This document shows positions 47,425 through 57,122 of a stretch of DNA of 64,000 nt, one piece after another. Position numbers and translations under genes: made by a program. Source of the stretch: Sulfolobales archaeon (lineage in GTDB: Archaea > Thermoproteota > Thermoprotei_A > Sulfolobales > NBVN01); the NCBI GenBank assembly GCA_038841535.1, contig JAWBTQ010000002.1:96001-160000 (forward strand), given 5' to 3'. The notes beneath the pieces were generated by a model. That model did no database searches. It was not told the DNA's origin and saw only the letters and a list, made by a program, of their open reading frames with translations. Every line of letters begins with the position of its first letter. Position 1 is the stretch's first letter.

Positions 47425-48375
47425 TCAGATGCGTAGTTTTAGATGCGTCTCAGCGAGAGACTTGAGTTCATTGACATCTCTCGGTAAGTGCCTCGCCCCT
47501 AGCCCCCCAGCTTTATAAGCCCCCATGAGGTTTCCCAGAGCGGCGCGCTGCTCCGAGGGTAGCCCCATCAGTAGCCCGTAGATAGCACCAGCATCGTAGG
47601 CATCACCGCAGCCTGTTGTATCGATTACCCTACTAACTCTAACCGCTTCGATGTGTGCGAACTTCTCCCCCGAGTACACTAGAGACCCCCTACTGCCTAT
47701 CTTCAAAAAGAGGTTCTTCGGCTTGAGTGCCGAGATCAGACTGGTCAAGGAGTTCTGTGTGTCTGGACCGAATAGCTCTCTGAGCTCGTCTAGGTTTATG
47801 AAGACATCGTAGATCGCGCCCCTGTACTTAGCCAGCACTTCAATAAGGAACCTCTTAGTTACGCCCCCAAGGTCTATGCCCACGGGTAGACCTAACCCAA
47901 CAGAGTTATCGATCAGGTACTCGACAGACTTTCCGCCGTCCACGTTCCTGCTGGTGAACCCCGATATGAACGTGTAGTCAGACATGGCGAGCAGGTCTCT
48001 AGACTCCACATCGCTCAGGGTGTTATATGCGTTAGCACCCCTGTACCCAATTATTGTTCTCTCACCATTCTTTCTGATGATGACCACCATGATCCCGGTT
48101 ACCAGTCCCTCGACCCTTCTGACACTAGTAGCCTCAACTTTTTCTCTGGTCAAGTCCTCCAGTATTAGTTCACCAAAGGGATCCGCTCCCACAGTCGAGA
48201 CCAGTATGGGTCTCTGCCCCAGCCTAGATAGGGCGACACTCAGATTGCCCCCGGAGCCTCCTGGGACGAGGGCGCTTGTTTGCGCTACGTAGGAAACGTC
48301 TCTGAGCTCGACTACGTCTAGGTCTAAGAAGAAAAACAGATCTAGGTTCAAGTCCCCGTAAACGAGCACCTTCAT
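47425..48375 (-). CDS. PfkB family carbohydrate/nucleoside kinase
   Basis: GGSGGN.SVALSRLG, VG.DPFG, DTTGCGDAY. Confidence 0.92.
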   Translation of the reverse strand: MKVLVYGDLNLDLFFFLDLDVVELRDVSYVAQTSALVPGGSGGNLSVALSRLGQRPILVSTVGADPFGELILEDLTREKVEATSVRRVEGLVTGIMVVIIRKNGERTIIGYRGANAYNTLSDVESRDLLAMSDYTFISGFTSRNVDGGKSVEYLIDNSVGLGLPVGIDLGGVTKRFLIEVLAKYRGAIYDVFINLDELRELFGPDTQNSLTSLISALKPKNLFLKIGSRGSLVYSGEKFAHIEAVRVSRVIDTTGCGDAYDAGAIYGLLMGLPSEQRAALGNLMGAYKAGGLGARHLPRDVNELKSLAETHLKLRI

Positions 48376-48378
48376 GCT

Positions 48379-49269
48379 TCAGCTATTCCCCGACCTGATT
48401 TTCTTCACGACATCCATAAGCTTCCTCACTCTCTCGGGGTCTACAGGGTTCTGGGTCACACCATTGACCTTGAAGTACGTACCGACGATCGCTCCGTCAG
48501 CGTATTTGAGGAGCTCCTCGGCGTTATAGGGAGTCAGACCGCTACCAACTATCACAGGTGTGTCCCCAACCAGTTCCTTGACTTTCCTCACGTCGTCTGG
48601 TGATGGAGCCTCACCAGTCATCCTGCCAGTGACCACTATGGCGTCTGCCATATAGAAGTCAGCCCAAGTCGTGTGAGTCTCGAGGTCAATACCAGGGAAC
48701 ACCACGCTGTGCTTCTTGACTACATCGACAAAGAACCTTACATCTTCTGCGTGAAGCACCTTCCTAAGCCTCATCAGGTCAGCTGCGTTTCCATGGTCTA
48801 GTTCTCCAGTATCCCACACGGCAGCACCAACGTATAAACATACCCTCACGAACTTAGCTCCAGCTGCCTTAGCGATCCCGAGCGCGGCCCTTCCCCCATT
48901 GTGAATTACTGTTATACCTACAGGAATACTTACATTCTTAACTACGTGCCTAGCTACGACAGCGTGAGAAGCTACCTCCTCTGGAGGTATCCGTCTATAC
49001 CCACTATAGTAGGGTAGATCCCACATGTTCTCTACTATCAACCCATCCACACCATTCTCTTCTAGAACTCTAGCCTCTCTTAGAGCGCGCTCTTCAATAT
49101 CCTCGATCCCCCATCCCCCGTACGCCGGAGAACCGGGGAGTGGAAGTAGGTGGATCATTCCTATAATGGCTTTATCGTTCTTGAACAGTTCCGTGATCGA
49201 GAACATCCTCCTCGAATAGAACCTCTTAGCCCAGTCAACAACCATATTATCGAGAACCTCTTTCTTCAA
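48379..49269 (-). CDS. BtpA/SgcQ family TIM-barrel protein
   Basis: IIGMIHLLPLPGSP, DGLIVENMWDLPY, DVVKKHS, ADAIVVTG..TG, DGAIVGT; true start may be ATG 49206. Confidence 0.92.
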   Translation of the reverse strand: MKKEVLDNMVVDWAKRFYSRRMFSITELFKNDKAIIGMIHLLPLPGSPAYGGWGIEDIEERALREARVLEENGVDGLIVENMWDLPYYSGYRRIPPEEVASHAVVARHVVKNVSIPVGITVIHNGGRAALGIAKAAGAKFVRVCLYVGAAVWDTGELDHGNAADLMRLRKVLHAEDVRFFVDVVKKHSVVFPGIDLETHTTWADFYMADAIVVTGRMTGEAPSPDDVRKVKELVGDTPVIVGSGLTPYNAEELLKYADGAIVGTYFKVNGVTQNPVDPERVRKLMDVVKKIRSGNS

Positions 49270-49506
49270 ATACTACACCTATTACCTCAACTTTTTAACG
49301 AATTAAAGTACAACCTATTCCTCCTAAGGTCCGAGAGGTAGCCAAGTAGCAGACACAGTTCGCTCATCAGACTGACCACGAGAACTAGCATTAATTCTTA
49401 ACATCCTTATTGTCGGCACCAGGCCTCCGCTAGCCCTTTAGCGAGTACCGTTTGATACGTTAAAAGCAGATATACTGTGGATGATGTACTGCACGGTGAG
49501 AGTGGT

Positions 49507-49902
49507 GTGCATGAGTGGGCTCTAGCTGAGGCAGTAAGCCTTGCTCTGTCTAATTACTCTAAACAGTCTGGAGTTAAGAGATTCAGACGCTTAGTTATAG
49601 GGTTAGGTGAACTGCAGTCGATCGATAAAGAGATACTGGAGTTAGCGCTCGGCGAAACACTCAAGCTATATGGACTAGAGGTAGTAGAATTCGAGTTCAT
49701 AACTGAGGAGGCCTCGTTTGAGTGTAGGTCATGCGGTTTTAAGTGGAAGCTAGGAGATTTAGGTCTCTCCGATGAGGTTCGCGAGGCGATACACTTCCTC
49801 CCGGAAGCTACCTACGCGTACATAAAGTGTCCGAAGTGTGGTTCTCCGGATTACCTCATTACGGGAGGCAGAGGTCTCAGCATAATGGGTGTCGAGTATT
49901 GA
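49507..49902 (+). CDS. hypA: Hydrogenase nickel incorporation protein HypA
   Basis: MHE N-terminus (GTG 49507), CRSCG and CPKCG, G.G...I. Confidence 0.93.
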   Translation: MHEWALAEAVSLALSNYSKQSGVKRFRRLVIGLGELQSIDKEILELALGETLKLYGLEVVEFEFITEEASFECRSCGFKWKLGDLGLSDEVREAIHFLPEATYAYIKCPKCGSPDYLITGGRGLSIMGVEY

Positions 49903-50648
49903 GCTATTTCGCAGATCCTAGGTTAAACGCTATACCGGAAAGACTTAAGAACGTTAAATTGGTTGCTGTATTCACAAGTAGCAAGGGAGGAGTTGGAAAG
50001 ACTCTGATATCTACTCTAACATCACTTCTACTCAGCAGGAAAGGCATTGGAGTAGGTCTTCTCGACTTAGACGTGACCAATCCAACAGTGCACACTCTCT
50101 TAGGGGTCGATCCTTACGAGGTTAGACCTCTAGAGGAAAGAGGGGTAGTGCCTCCTAAAGTGTTTGGAGTGAGCTTTATGTCACCAGTGTTCTTCACTAT
50201 GGGTAAGCCGTCACCACTCAGAGGTGAGTCCGTATCTTCAGCGATTCGTGAAATGCTGTCAATAACTAGGTGGGAAGGAGTCGACGCATTGATTATAGAT
50301 ACTCCCCCCGGAATGGGTGATGAGCTTCTAGAGGTTCTCACATACATAAGAAGGTTTAGAGCCATAGTAGTTACGACACCCTCTGTACTAGCTATAGAAT
50401 CAGCTACGAGAATAGCCGACGTGCTCGGTCATAGAGTCGAGGCAGTAGTTTTAAACATGTTTTCGGGAAGAGTAGCACAGCTAAGCAGACTAGATACCTT
50501 GAAGTCGCTAGCACCTGTTTACACACTATCGTACGATAGTGAAGTTGAGGAGTCGGTGGGGTCCCCGGAGAAGTTGATGTCTATAAAGCTCTCGCGTGAA
50601 GTAGATGAGCAAATAGTGAACCACATAGCTAGACTTATGGCGGTATAG
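49899..50648 (+). CDS. Mrp/MinD family ATPase, probably the ATPase-type HypB coupled to hypA
   Basis: DPR N-terminus, SKGGVGKT, DLD, PLRG, DTPPGMGDE; TTGA overlap with the hypA stop. Confidence 0.85.
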   Translation: MSYFADPRLNAIPERLKNVKLVAVFTSSKGGVGKTLISTLTSLLLSRKGIGVGLLDLDVTNPTVHTLLGVDPYEVRPLEERGVVPPKVFGVSFMSPVFFTMGKPSPLRGESVSSAIREMLSITRWEGVDALIIDTPPGMGDELLEVLTYIRRFRAIVVTTPSVLAIESATRIADVLGHRVEAVVLNMFSGRVAQLSRLDTLKSLAPVYTLSYDSEVEESVGSPEKLMSIKLSREVDEQIVNHIARLMAV

Positions 50649-50658
50649 AGATTGTTGC

Positions 50659-50991
50659 TTACTTCGCTCTATACACCCTGTCGAGTAGCTTAAGCTTTTT
50701 CGCAACATCTAGGGCGAGCTTCTCTGGGTTTTCTTTAAGGATGTAGAAGCCGTATGGAGAGTACTCCACTAGCTCACAGCTCCACTCAAAGCTAGGCAGA
50801 TACTCCGGGATAGTTACTTTAGCCACGTATACGTCGACCATAGAGCCCTTAGTGATACTTACAACGTAAACTCTATCGTCTTTCTGTACGGATATTATGT
50901 AGCAGTCATCCATGCTCCTACTGACCGCCTTATACCCAGCATCCTTTAGGTGCTTAGCGATGCAAGTCACAGCTTCTTCTACCATTACCAC
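50659..50991 (-). CDS. Hypothetical protein
   Basis: 110-aa ORF with GGTG upstream; conserved-looking WSC...YSPYGFY. Confidence 0.65.
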   Translation of the reverse strand: MVMVEEAVTCIAKHLKDAGYKAVSRSMDDCYIISVQKDDRVYVVSITKGSMVDVYVAKVTIPEYLPSFEWSCELVEYSPYGFYILKENPEKLALDVAKKLKLLDRVYRAK

Positions 50992-51077
50992 CTAGAACGA
51001 TTATTAGAGTCATGCTTAAATTTTTGGACCCAAAAGAGTCTTGTAAACCAGTTACCAAGAGCTGGAGGTCTTAGCTA

Positions 51078-52553
51078 ATGCCAAATAGCATGAAGGTGGC
51101 CGAGAAATATAGGGAGAAAATTGTCGGAGGTGACCCACTTAAGGTAGTTCTATGGCTAGCAGCTCCACTAGTTGTCGCACAGCTAGTCCACATATCATAC
51201 AACCTTGTTGATGCGCTGTGGTTGAGTAAGCTTTACGAGGGGGCGCTAGCCGTTCCACGCCAGGTATGGCCGACTCTGATGTTCTTTTACGCTATAGCTA
51301 TGGCTCTCTCAACAGCGAACTTAGCTATGATTTCTCAATACGTTGGTGCCGAGAGGTATGATGCGGCAAGTAAGACTGCGTCAAAGCTCTTTGCGTTTAA
51401 CTTATCTCTCGCGCTAGCCATCTGCGTGGCATACGCTATCCTCAGACCATACATATTCTTGTATATTACAACAGTTCCACCCGAGCTTTACGGCGATGTG
51501 CTGAAGTATTCTAACATCATGCTTTTCGATATACTGTTTATGTACCTTGGTTCGGCGTTTACTACAGTTCTACAAGCAATTGGTGATACGAGAACCCCGA
51601 CTTACATTAACGTAGCTGGAGCAGTTCTCAACATCGTACTAGACCCGTTACTGATCTTTGGCTGGCTCGGCTTTCCTACTATGGGGGTCGCGGGGGCGGC
51701 TATAGCAACAGTTGTATCGAGAGCTCTAGTAGCTATGGTGGCCATAAAGATGTTTGTAGGAGGCTTTAAAGGGATAAAGCTGTCCCTTGTTAAGCCTGAT
51801 AGAGAGTGGATCGCTAGGTCAATAAGGATAGCTCTCCCTATAGCAGCCCTCCAGATGAGTAACTCTCTCGCGTTCATGGCTCAGCTCAGGCTCGTTAATA
51901 CCTTCGGAAAGATAGTTGCTACAGCATATTCCATAGGCTTTACTGTAATAGATATAGCAGATTCAGCTATGTGGGGGTTTTCGCAGGCAACAGCTATAGT
52001 AGTCGGTCAGTTAATAGGTGCGCAGCTCTTTAGTAAAGCTAAGAAGTCCGCTCTCTTGACTTCACTATTTGTTGGAGCGGTTACCAGCATAGGAGCCATC
52101 TTTGTTTACCTACTTCGATACCCTATAGCGTCTGTCTTTACTTCTAGTCCTGAGGTTCTAGCTGAAGCTACAAGGTTCATAGAGTACTTTGGTCTTACCG
52201 TCCCGTTCTTTGCTGTGTTCTTTGTAGGGTTCGCTGTTGGAAGAGGTTCCGGCCACACATATGTTCCTTCGGCAATAGCTTTCACTAGACTTTGGGGCAT
52301 GAGGATAGGTCTAGGTTATCTCTTAGCATTAGGCCTCGGGTTGGGACCCGCCGGCATCTGGTTATCTATGGCTATAAGCAACGTTGGAGGCGGCATCATG
52401 TCTATAGCTTGGGTCGCACTAGGTAACTGGGCACGCCCAGTCATAGAGGTTACCACTATAAAGCCAGGTGTAGCTACAGTACCACCCTCACTAAAATGCA
52501 TGAGGAAGGAAGTTAATGAGGCTAATGAAGGCGTTAATAAGGACTACTCGTAA
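51078..52553 (+). CDS. MATE family efflux transporter
   Basis: LAAP...YNLVD, GDTRTP, NIVLDPLLIFG...MGVAGAAIAT. Confidence 0.93.
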   Translation: MPNSMKVAEKYREKIVGGDPLKVVLWLAAPLVVAQLVHISYNLVDALWLSKLYEGALAVPRQVWPTLMFFYAIAMALSTANLAMISQYVGAERYDAASKTASKLFAFNLSLALAICVAYAILRPYIFLYITTVPPELYGDVLKYSNIMLFDILFMYLGSAFTTVLQAIGDTRTPTYINVAGAVLNIVLDPLLIFGWLGFPTMGVAGAAIATVVSRALVAMVAIKMFVGGFKGIKLSLVKPDREWIARSIRIALPIAALQMSNSLAFMAQLRLVNTFGKIVATAYSIGFTVIDIADSAMWGFSQATAIVVGQLIGAQLFSKAKKSALLTSLFVGAVTSIGAIFVYLLRYPIASVFTSSPEVLAEATRFIEYFGLTVPFFAVFFVGFAVGRGSGHTYVPSAIAFTRLWGMRIGLGYLLALGLGLGPAGIWLSMAISNVGGGIMSIAWVALGNWARPVIEVTTIKPGVATVPPSLKCMRKEVNEANEGVNKDYS

Positions 52554-52583
52554 GTAGCTAGAAGGAAAATGTAGGGTGGGAGT

Positions 52584-52775
52584 GTGAATATCGGTCGAAT
52601 CGTTTCATCAGTTCTCCTAGCTACTTCAGTCTCTTTCTTTGCTTTATCGATATGGTTTGCCTACATAGAGAGATATATACCTTCCCTACTCTCGCTAACC
52701 TCAGGCTTAATTCTTTTGAGTAGTGCCCTAGGTATACTTAAAGAGCTTTTAGGTTCACGAAATTCAGGTAGGTAG
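52584..52775 (+). CDS. Small two-TM membrane protein
   Basis: Hydrophobic 63-aa ORF with GGGAG upstream. Confidence 0.6.
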   Translation: MNIGRIVSSVLLATSVSFFALSIWFAYIERYIPSLLSLTSGLILLSSALGILKELLGSRNSGR

Positions 52776-52836
52776 CAAGCACAGTTGATTAATTCCCAGG
52801 TTTTGACCAAAAATATTTGAGTTTAAGCATTGTAGG

Positions 52837-53004
52837 CTAGTACCATACATCGTCAGGCAACATTTGTGTAACGTCGAGCTTAGTTAAGAGAACCTCTATC
52901 ACTTCTTCATAGCTAAGTCTCCTCCCCAAGAGAACCTCTAACTCTCCAGCTACTCTGTCAAGTAGTTTGACTACTCTATCACTTAGCGAGACCGTAATAG
53001 CCAT
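52837..53004 (-). CDS. Small ribbon-helix-helix/VapB antitoxin-like protein (below ORF-track cutoff)
   Basis: MAITVSLSDRVVKLLDRVAGELEVLLGRRLSYEEVIEVLL... 55 aa; TTTATAT about 33 nt upstream. Confidence 0.6.
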   Translation of the reverse strand: MAITVSLSDRVVKLLDRVAGELEVLLGRRLSYEEVIEVLLTKLDVTQMLPDDVWY

Positions 53005-53107
53005 TTATACACCAAGTCTAAATATTTCTAGTCAAAATATATAAACCATCCCTACACGGCACCAAAGTCATAGTAACTTGGAGAGTCTAAAAACGATGTG
53101 TTATCAT

Positions 53108-54895
53108 CTAAGTACTGCTGAATCCAAGACTGCTCGAAAGGTTTCTCCACTTAAGTCCGGATGCTAGCTTAAGCGTCATTAAGGCTAGAGTAGCTGAAAC
53201 CACTGCTGAAATCAGTACTGCTGACATGAGAAGAGCTGAAGCTACGTGTACGGAGGCCGGGTTATACATTAACATGTTTACAACTACGGGAACTACTGGA
53301 ACAGGGTGAGATGCTGAAACACCGTAACCTCCTGCTAGCACTAGTGACACACTAAATTCTGTAGAAGAGTATACTGAGGCTAGAGTAGCTGCTACAATGA
53401 AGGCATTTGATACTAGAGGTAGGGTAATAGTTCTAATAATGAGTCCTTGACTTGCTCCCAGGTTTAGTGCTTGCTCCTCCATGCTTCTGGATATCTTCTG
53501 GAGAGCAGCTGATAAAGGCCTTGTAGCGTAAGTTATCCTTCTTGATGCATATGCTAGAACGAGGTAAGGTGCTGGATTCGTTAGTGGGTCAAGAAGCGGT
53601 AAGCCTTTGAATACCTCATGAAACATCACGAAGTAGCCTATTCCTACAGCTATACCTGGGATAACTAGGGGAAGGGCTGTTAGTGCTTCAACTAGTGGTG
53701 AAAAAACTGTCTCCAATCTTAAGCTCACGTAAGTAGCTATGGAGGCTGTGAACATTATTAGGATTACGGAGAGAGTACTATAGACGACAGTATTTAATAC
53801 TGAGCGCGCGTAGTAAGGATTGGTGAATACGGCTAGGTAGTTATTCAAGGTCAGTCCCCTTGGGGCGATGTATCCGTACCACCCGTCAGTAATAGAGTAA
53901 GCAATGGCTACAACCTTAGGTAGTAACGAGAGAGCTTGAAGCACTAGAGTTATAGTGATGGTAACGATAGCTAAGCGACCCATTCCAATCACTGTTGACT
54001 TAGTCGATACAACAGGGTATCTATAGGCCCTGAGGTTCTTCCAGAAGACTATGAAGATTGTGGACGCTAAAAGCGAGAGAACAACTACATACGTAATAGA
54101 CCTGAGGCTCACTGCGTATCCGTATTCAGATATGAAATCGTAGTACGCTATGTAAGCCAATAGGTTTCTAGCAGAATTATACCTACTAAATGCTACTGGT
54201 CCAGAGAGGTCTTCACATGATAGAACGAAGGTGAGAGTCCAGCTAACAATAAGGGCAGGTTTAGATAGGGGTATCACTATGCTCCTGATTACCTTAGGTC
54301 CTCTAGCACCTAAATTACTAGCAGCATCTACAACGTTTCTGTCAATGAGGTCTACGTAGGCCGTCAAAACGATATGAGAAATTGGGTATAGGCTTAACAC
54401 CTGGTAGATAAAAACACCGGTAATTCCCTCGAACGTAACTCGATATCCTGTTAAGTACTCAGCTACTCTACTCAGCACTCCAAACTCTCTATGAAATAAG
54501 TGCGTTATGGCGTAGGCTGAAATGAAGGGTGTTGGTATGGAGGCAAAAAGAGGTAGTAAGTAACCAACCAGTGTTCTGAGCTTGCCCCTTATCCCTAGGC
54601 ATGCTGTAGCAGAAAGTAGAGCTAGAAGGACTGTAGTTGAGGACACAGCAAAGCCTAGTAGGATAGTGTTAACAGTTGGACCGAAATCTAATCCTGTAAA
54701 AGCGATTATCCTGGTATCTGATAGCTCGTAGGCTCTCAGTAGTTCTCCGTCGGGAGGGATCTTCACACCCAAGTACCGAATGCCTGCGAGGGGGCTTCCG
54801 GCTAAGAAGCACGCAAGGGACGCTATTGGGGCTAGTAGGAATATCGACAGGAAGCATACCGGGATCAATACCATTAAGTGTAAGCTGTTTACCAT
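53108..54895 (-). CDS. Fe3+/thiamine-type ABC transporter permease (two BPD_transp domains)
   Basis: DAASNLGA and EEQALNLGA EAA loops, LPLVIPG...GIG. Confidence 0.88.
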   Translation of the reverse strand: MVNSLHLMVLIPVCFLSIFLLAPIASLACFLAGSPLAGIRYLGVKIPPDGELLRAYELSDTRIIAFTGLDFGPTVNTILLGFAVSSTTVLLALLSATACLGIRGKLRTLVGYLLPLFASIPTPFISAYAITHLFHREFGVLSRVAEYLTGYRVTFEGITGVFIYQVLSLYPISHIVLTAYVDLIDRNVVDAASNLGARGPKVIRSIVIPLSKPALIVSWTLTFVLSCEDLSGPVAFSRYNSARNLLAYIAYYDFISEYGYAVSLRSITYVVVLSLLASTIFIVFWKNLRAYRYPVVSTKSTVIGMGRLAIVTITITLVLQALSLLPKVVAIAYSITDGWYGYIAPRGLTLNNYLAVFTNPYYARSVLNTVVYSTLSVILIMFTASIATYVSLRLETVFSPLVEALTALPLVIPGIAVGIGYFVMFHEVFKGLPLLDPLTNPAPYLVLAYASRRITYATRPLSAALQKISRSMEEQALNLGASQGLIIRTITLPLVSNAFIVAATLASVYSSTEFSVSLVLAGGYGVSASHPVPVVPVVVNMLMYNPASVHVASALLMSAVLISAVVSATLALMTLKLASGLKWRNLSSSLGFSST

Positions 54896-56287
54896 TTACG
54901 TTCGACTCTGTAGCTCACTAAGTATCGCGCTGTACCTAGCGAGAGCAGCTGCTTTCACTGAGTCATAGAACTCAGATCTAAAGGCTGAGTCTTCAGCCAC
55001 CAACTTGTTCAACTCAGTAGCGAGGCTCTTGGAGAACACTCTAGGTTCTCCCTTTATGCTAATAGTAAGCGGCGACCCCAGCTTGTGCGCTATCTCGAGT
55101 AGCTCTGCTCCAGAAAGGGTGCCTTTAATGTAGAGGTCTATTGCTAGCGACCAAACTTTCTTCAGGAGGGTGTTTGTGTCGGGGTCAGCTATTGCGGCTT
55201 CGAAATAGTAAACAGCAGACCTCTCCCATAGAGCGGCATCTTCTGGGTCATAGCTAAACGTATTAATCGACAGTACCTCGTACAATCGCTCTAGTGGCGT
55301 TCCCTCGGGTTTCACGTATGGCAGGTAGTAGAAGAGTTCAGCAAGAGCTCTCTGTCCCTCAACACTTAGCAACCACTTTATGAAGGCTACGGCCTCTCGC
55401 TCATTTTGAGATTTTTTAGCTACAGCCACTGGGCTTAAGTCCGGTAAGACTTCACCAAGAGCAGGATAAAACATTGCTTTACCGCTGCTTAGCTCTTCTG
55501 CTCTAATGCCGTATACTAAGACCGTTGGTGCTAGACCAGATATTCCGAGTGCGACATCATCTCTCGCTCTTTCTGAGCTTTCTACTATGTAGGAGTTAGC
55601 CCCGATAATGGTTAGCAACACCCAACCGTTTTCCCAACCGTATTTCTGAAGAATCATCTGCACAGTTCTAGCGGAAGTAGTGCTCTTAGTAGGCTTTGGG
55701 AAGGAGGCTATGCTCTCACCGTAAAGTATAGGTGTTGAGTACTTCGGTAACAGTAAGTCCCCCCAGGTCCGAGGAGGCTCAAGTCCGTACTTCCCGAGAA
55801 AGTCGATGTTGACTGTGTAACTAAAGACCGTCCTAGCGACAGCCACGAAGCACACACTCCCGTTAGGAAGCCTGTAAGAGTCTGCGCTTAAGCTCAGGAT
55901 GATTTCATTCAGCTCTACATCCGATATCGGCCTTAAGTAGCCCTTATCGCACAGGTCTTTGTAAAGGGAGTAGCCACCGATGAAGAACAGGTCGGCCTTA
56001 CCCTCCTCGGCGAATATCGGCCACTTCGATACATCCTCCTTCAAGAACATGACGTCCTTTATATTGTGCTCGCGAGCTACACTACTATTTAGAAATATTC
56101 TACGTAGAGCTTCTCCCTCGTCTGGTGCTAGCCGTGTGACAACTATTAGGACGACCTCTTTAGGTTGTTGAATCGCTGGAGTTGCACTTGGAAAACCAGT
56201 TAGGCTCACATAAGCAATAAAACCTCCAAACACTACGACTGCTACAAGCAGAGACATGACTAAGTATCTTCTCATTGTCACCACCAA
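54896..56287 (-). CDS. Fe3+-type ABC transporter substrate-binding protein
   Basis: N-terminal TM, DLFFIGG, PRTWGDL, P.KSTT, ILQKYGWENGW, FIKWLLS.EGQ. Confidence 0.87.
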   Translation of the reverse strand: MVVTMRRYLVMSLLVAVVVFGGFIAYVSLTGFPSATPAIQQPKEVVLIVVTRLAPDEGEALRRIFLNSSVAREHNIKDVMFLKEDVSKWPIFAEEGKADLFFIGGYSLYKDLCDKGYLRPISDVELNEIILSLSADSYRLPNGSVCFVAVARTVFSYTVNIDFLGKYGLEPPRTWGDLLLPKYSTPILYGESIASFPKPTKSTTSARTVQMILQKYGWENGWVLLTIIGANSYIVESSERARDDVALGISGLAPTVLVYGIRAEELSSGKAMFYPALGEVLPDLSPVAVAKKSQNEREAVAFIKWLLSVEGQRALAELFYYLPYVKPEGTPLERLYEVLSINTFSYDPEDAALWERSAVYYFEAAIADPDTNTLLKKVWSLAIDLYIKGTLSGAELLEIAHKLGSPLTISIKGEPRVFSKSLATELNKLVAEDSAFRSEFYDSVKAAALARYSAILSELQSRT

Positions 56288-56456
56288 ACAAAGCTCTACT
56301 TTATCGCTTTTAAGGACATCGCAATTGACTAAGAATATCCTATGTTATAACATGACGTAGAGTGATCAGAGCTAACTCTACAGCAAGCACTTGAAGAGCA
56401 ATAGAATAGCCGCACCTTACAGCTGAGTGCCCTATTACTCGGGGGAGCAGATTAAG

Positions 56457-57122
56457 TTAAGTGTAGCCAGCTAAGTACGTAATCACGGCTCCTATGCCTG
56501 CTATAACTGATATAGCAATTCCTGGTACAGGTAATCTGCGTCTTTGAGTAGCGATAAAGGCTACGACATACGCTAGCATTAATATTAAACCCAAGGCTCC
56601 GTGAACTACTGTGTTGATAAACATAGTTATGCCGCCCAGCACCACTCCCAGATTCCATAGGAAATCCTCGACTAAGTCTACTTTTATAGCTTGCCACAGC
56701 CTGGGACTAGTTATTGACACCAGCTTGGGAACTATGGCAATGCTCATCAATAGGTACATTAGGGCGACGATAGCTACAGCTAGCACGTGACTCTCTAGTG
56801 GAAGCATCGAAATAGCGGAACCCAAGGCTATGTATGCTACTAGAATCGACGATATCAAGACTATGGAAACAGTGAATATGTATCTAAGCTTCATCAACAC
56901 CACCTTTTTCTCTTTAATAGGTCTAGCAAGAGAGATCCTCACAAGTGAGTAAAACACGATAGTTAGAGCTGACACCGTAGATAAGCTAGCGTTACCTATA
57001 GAGGCATAGAATGCTGTTAAAACAGCTGCTGAAATGGGGACTACGTCGCGCCGCATAGCGTAGGTCGCAAAAGCGGATAGCGGAATGAGAACGAGGTACA
57101 GTAGAAGTTCTGCAGTGTTCAC
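56457..57122 (-). CDS. Membrane protein of the MoxR operon
   Basis: Multiple TM helices; GTGA overlap with the DUF58 stop. Confidence 0.7.
   Translation of the reverse strand: MNTAELLLYLVLIPLSAFATYAMRRDVVPISAAVLTAFYASIGNASLSTVSALTIVFYSLVRISLARPIKEKKVVLMKLRYIFTVSIVLISSILVAYIALGSAISMLPLESHVLAVAIVALMYLLMSIAIVPKLVSITSPRLWQAIKVDLVEDFLWNLGVVLGGITMFINTVVHGALGLILMLAYVVAFIATQRRRLPVPGIAISVIAGIGAVITYLAGYT

Noticed and set aside
49507-50648. hypA plus Mrp ATPase without hydrogenase genes
   Set aside because: Known arrangement in hyperthermophilic archaea (ATPase-type HypB); not novel
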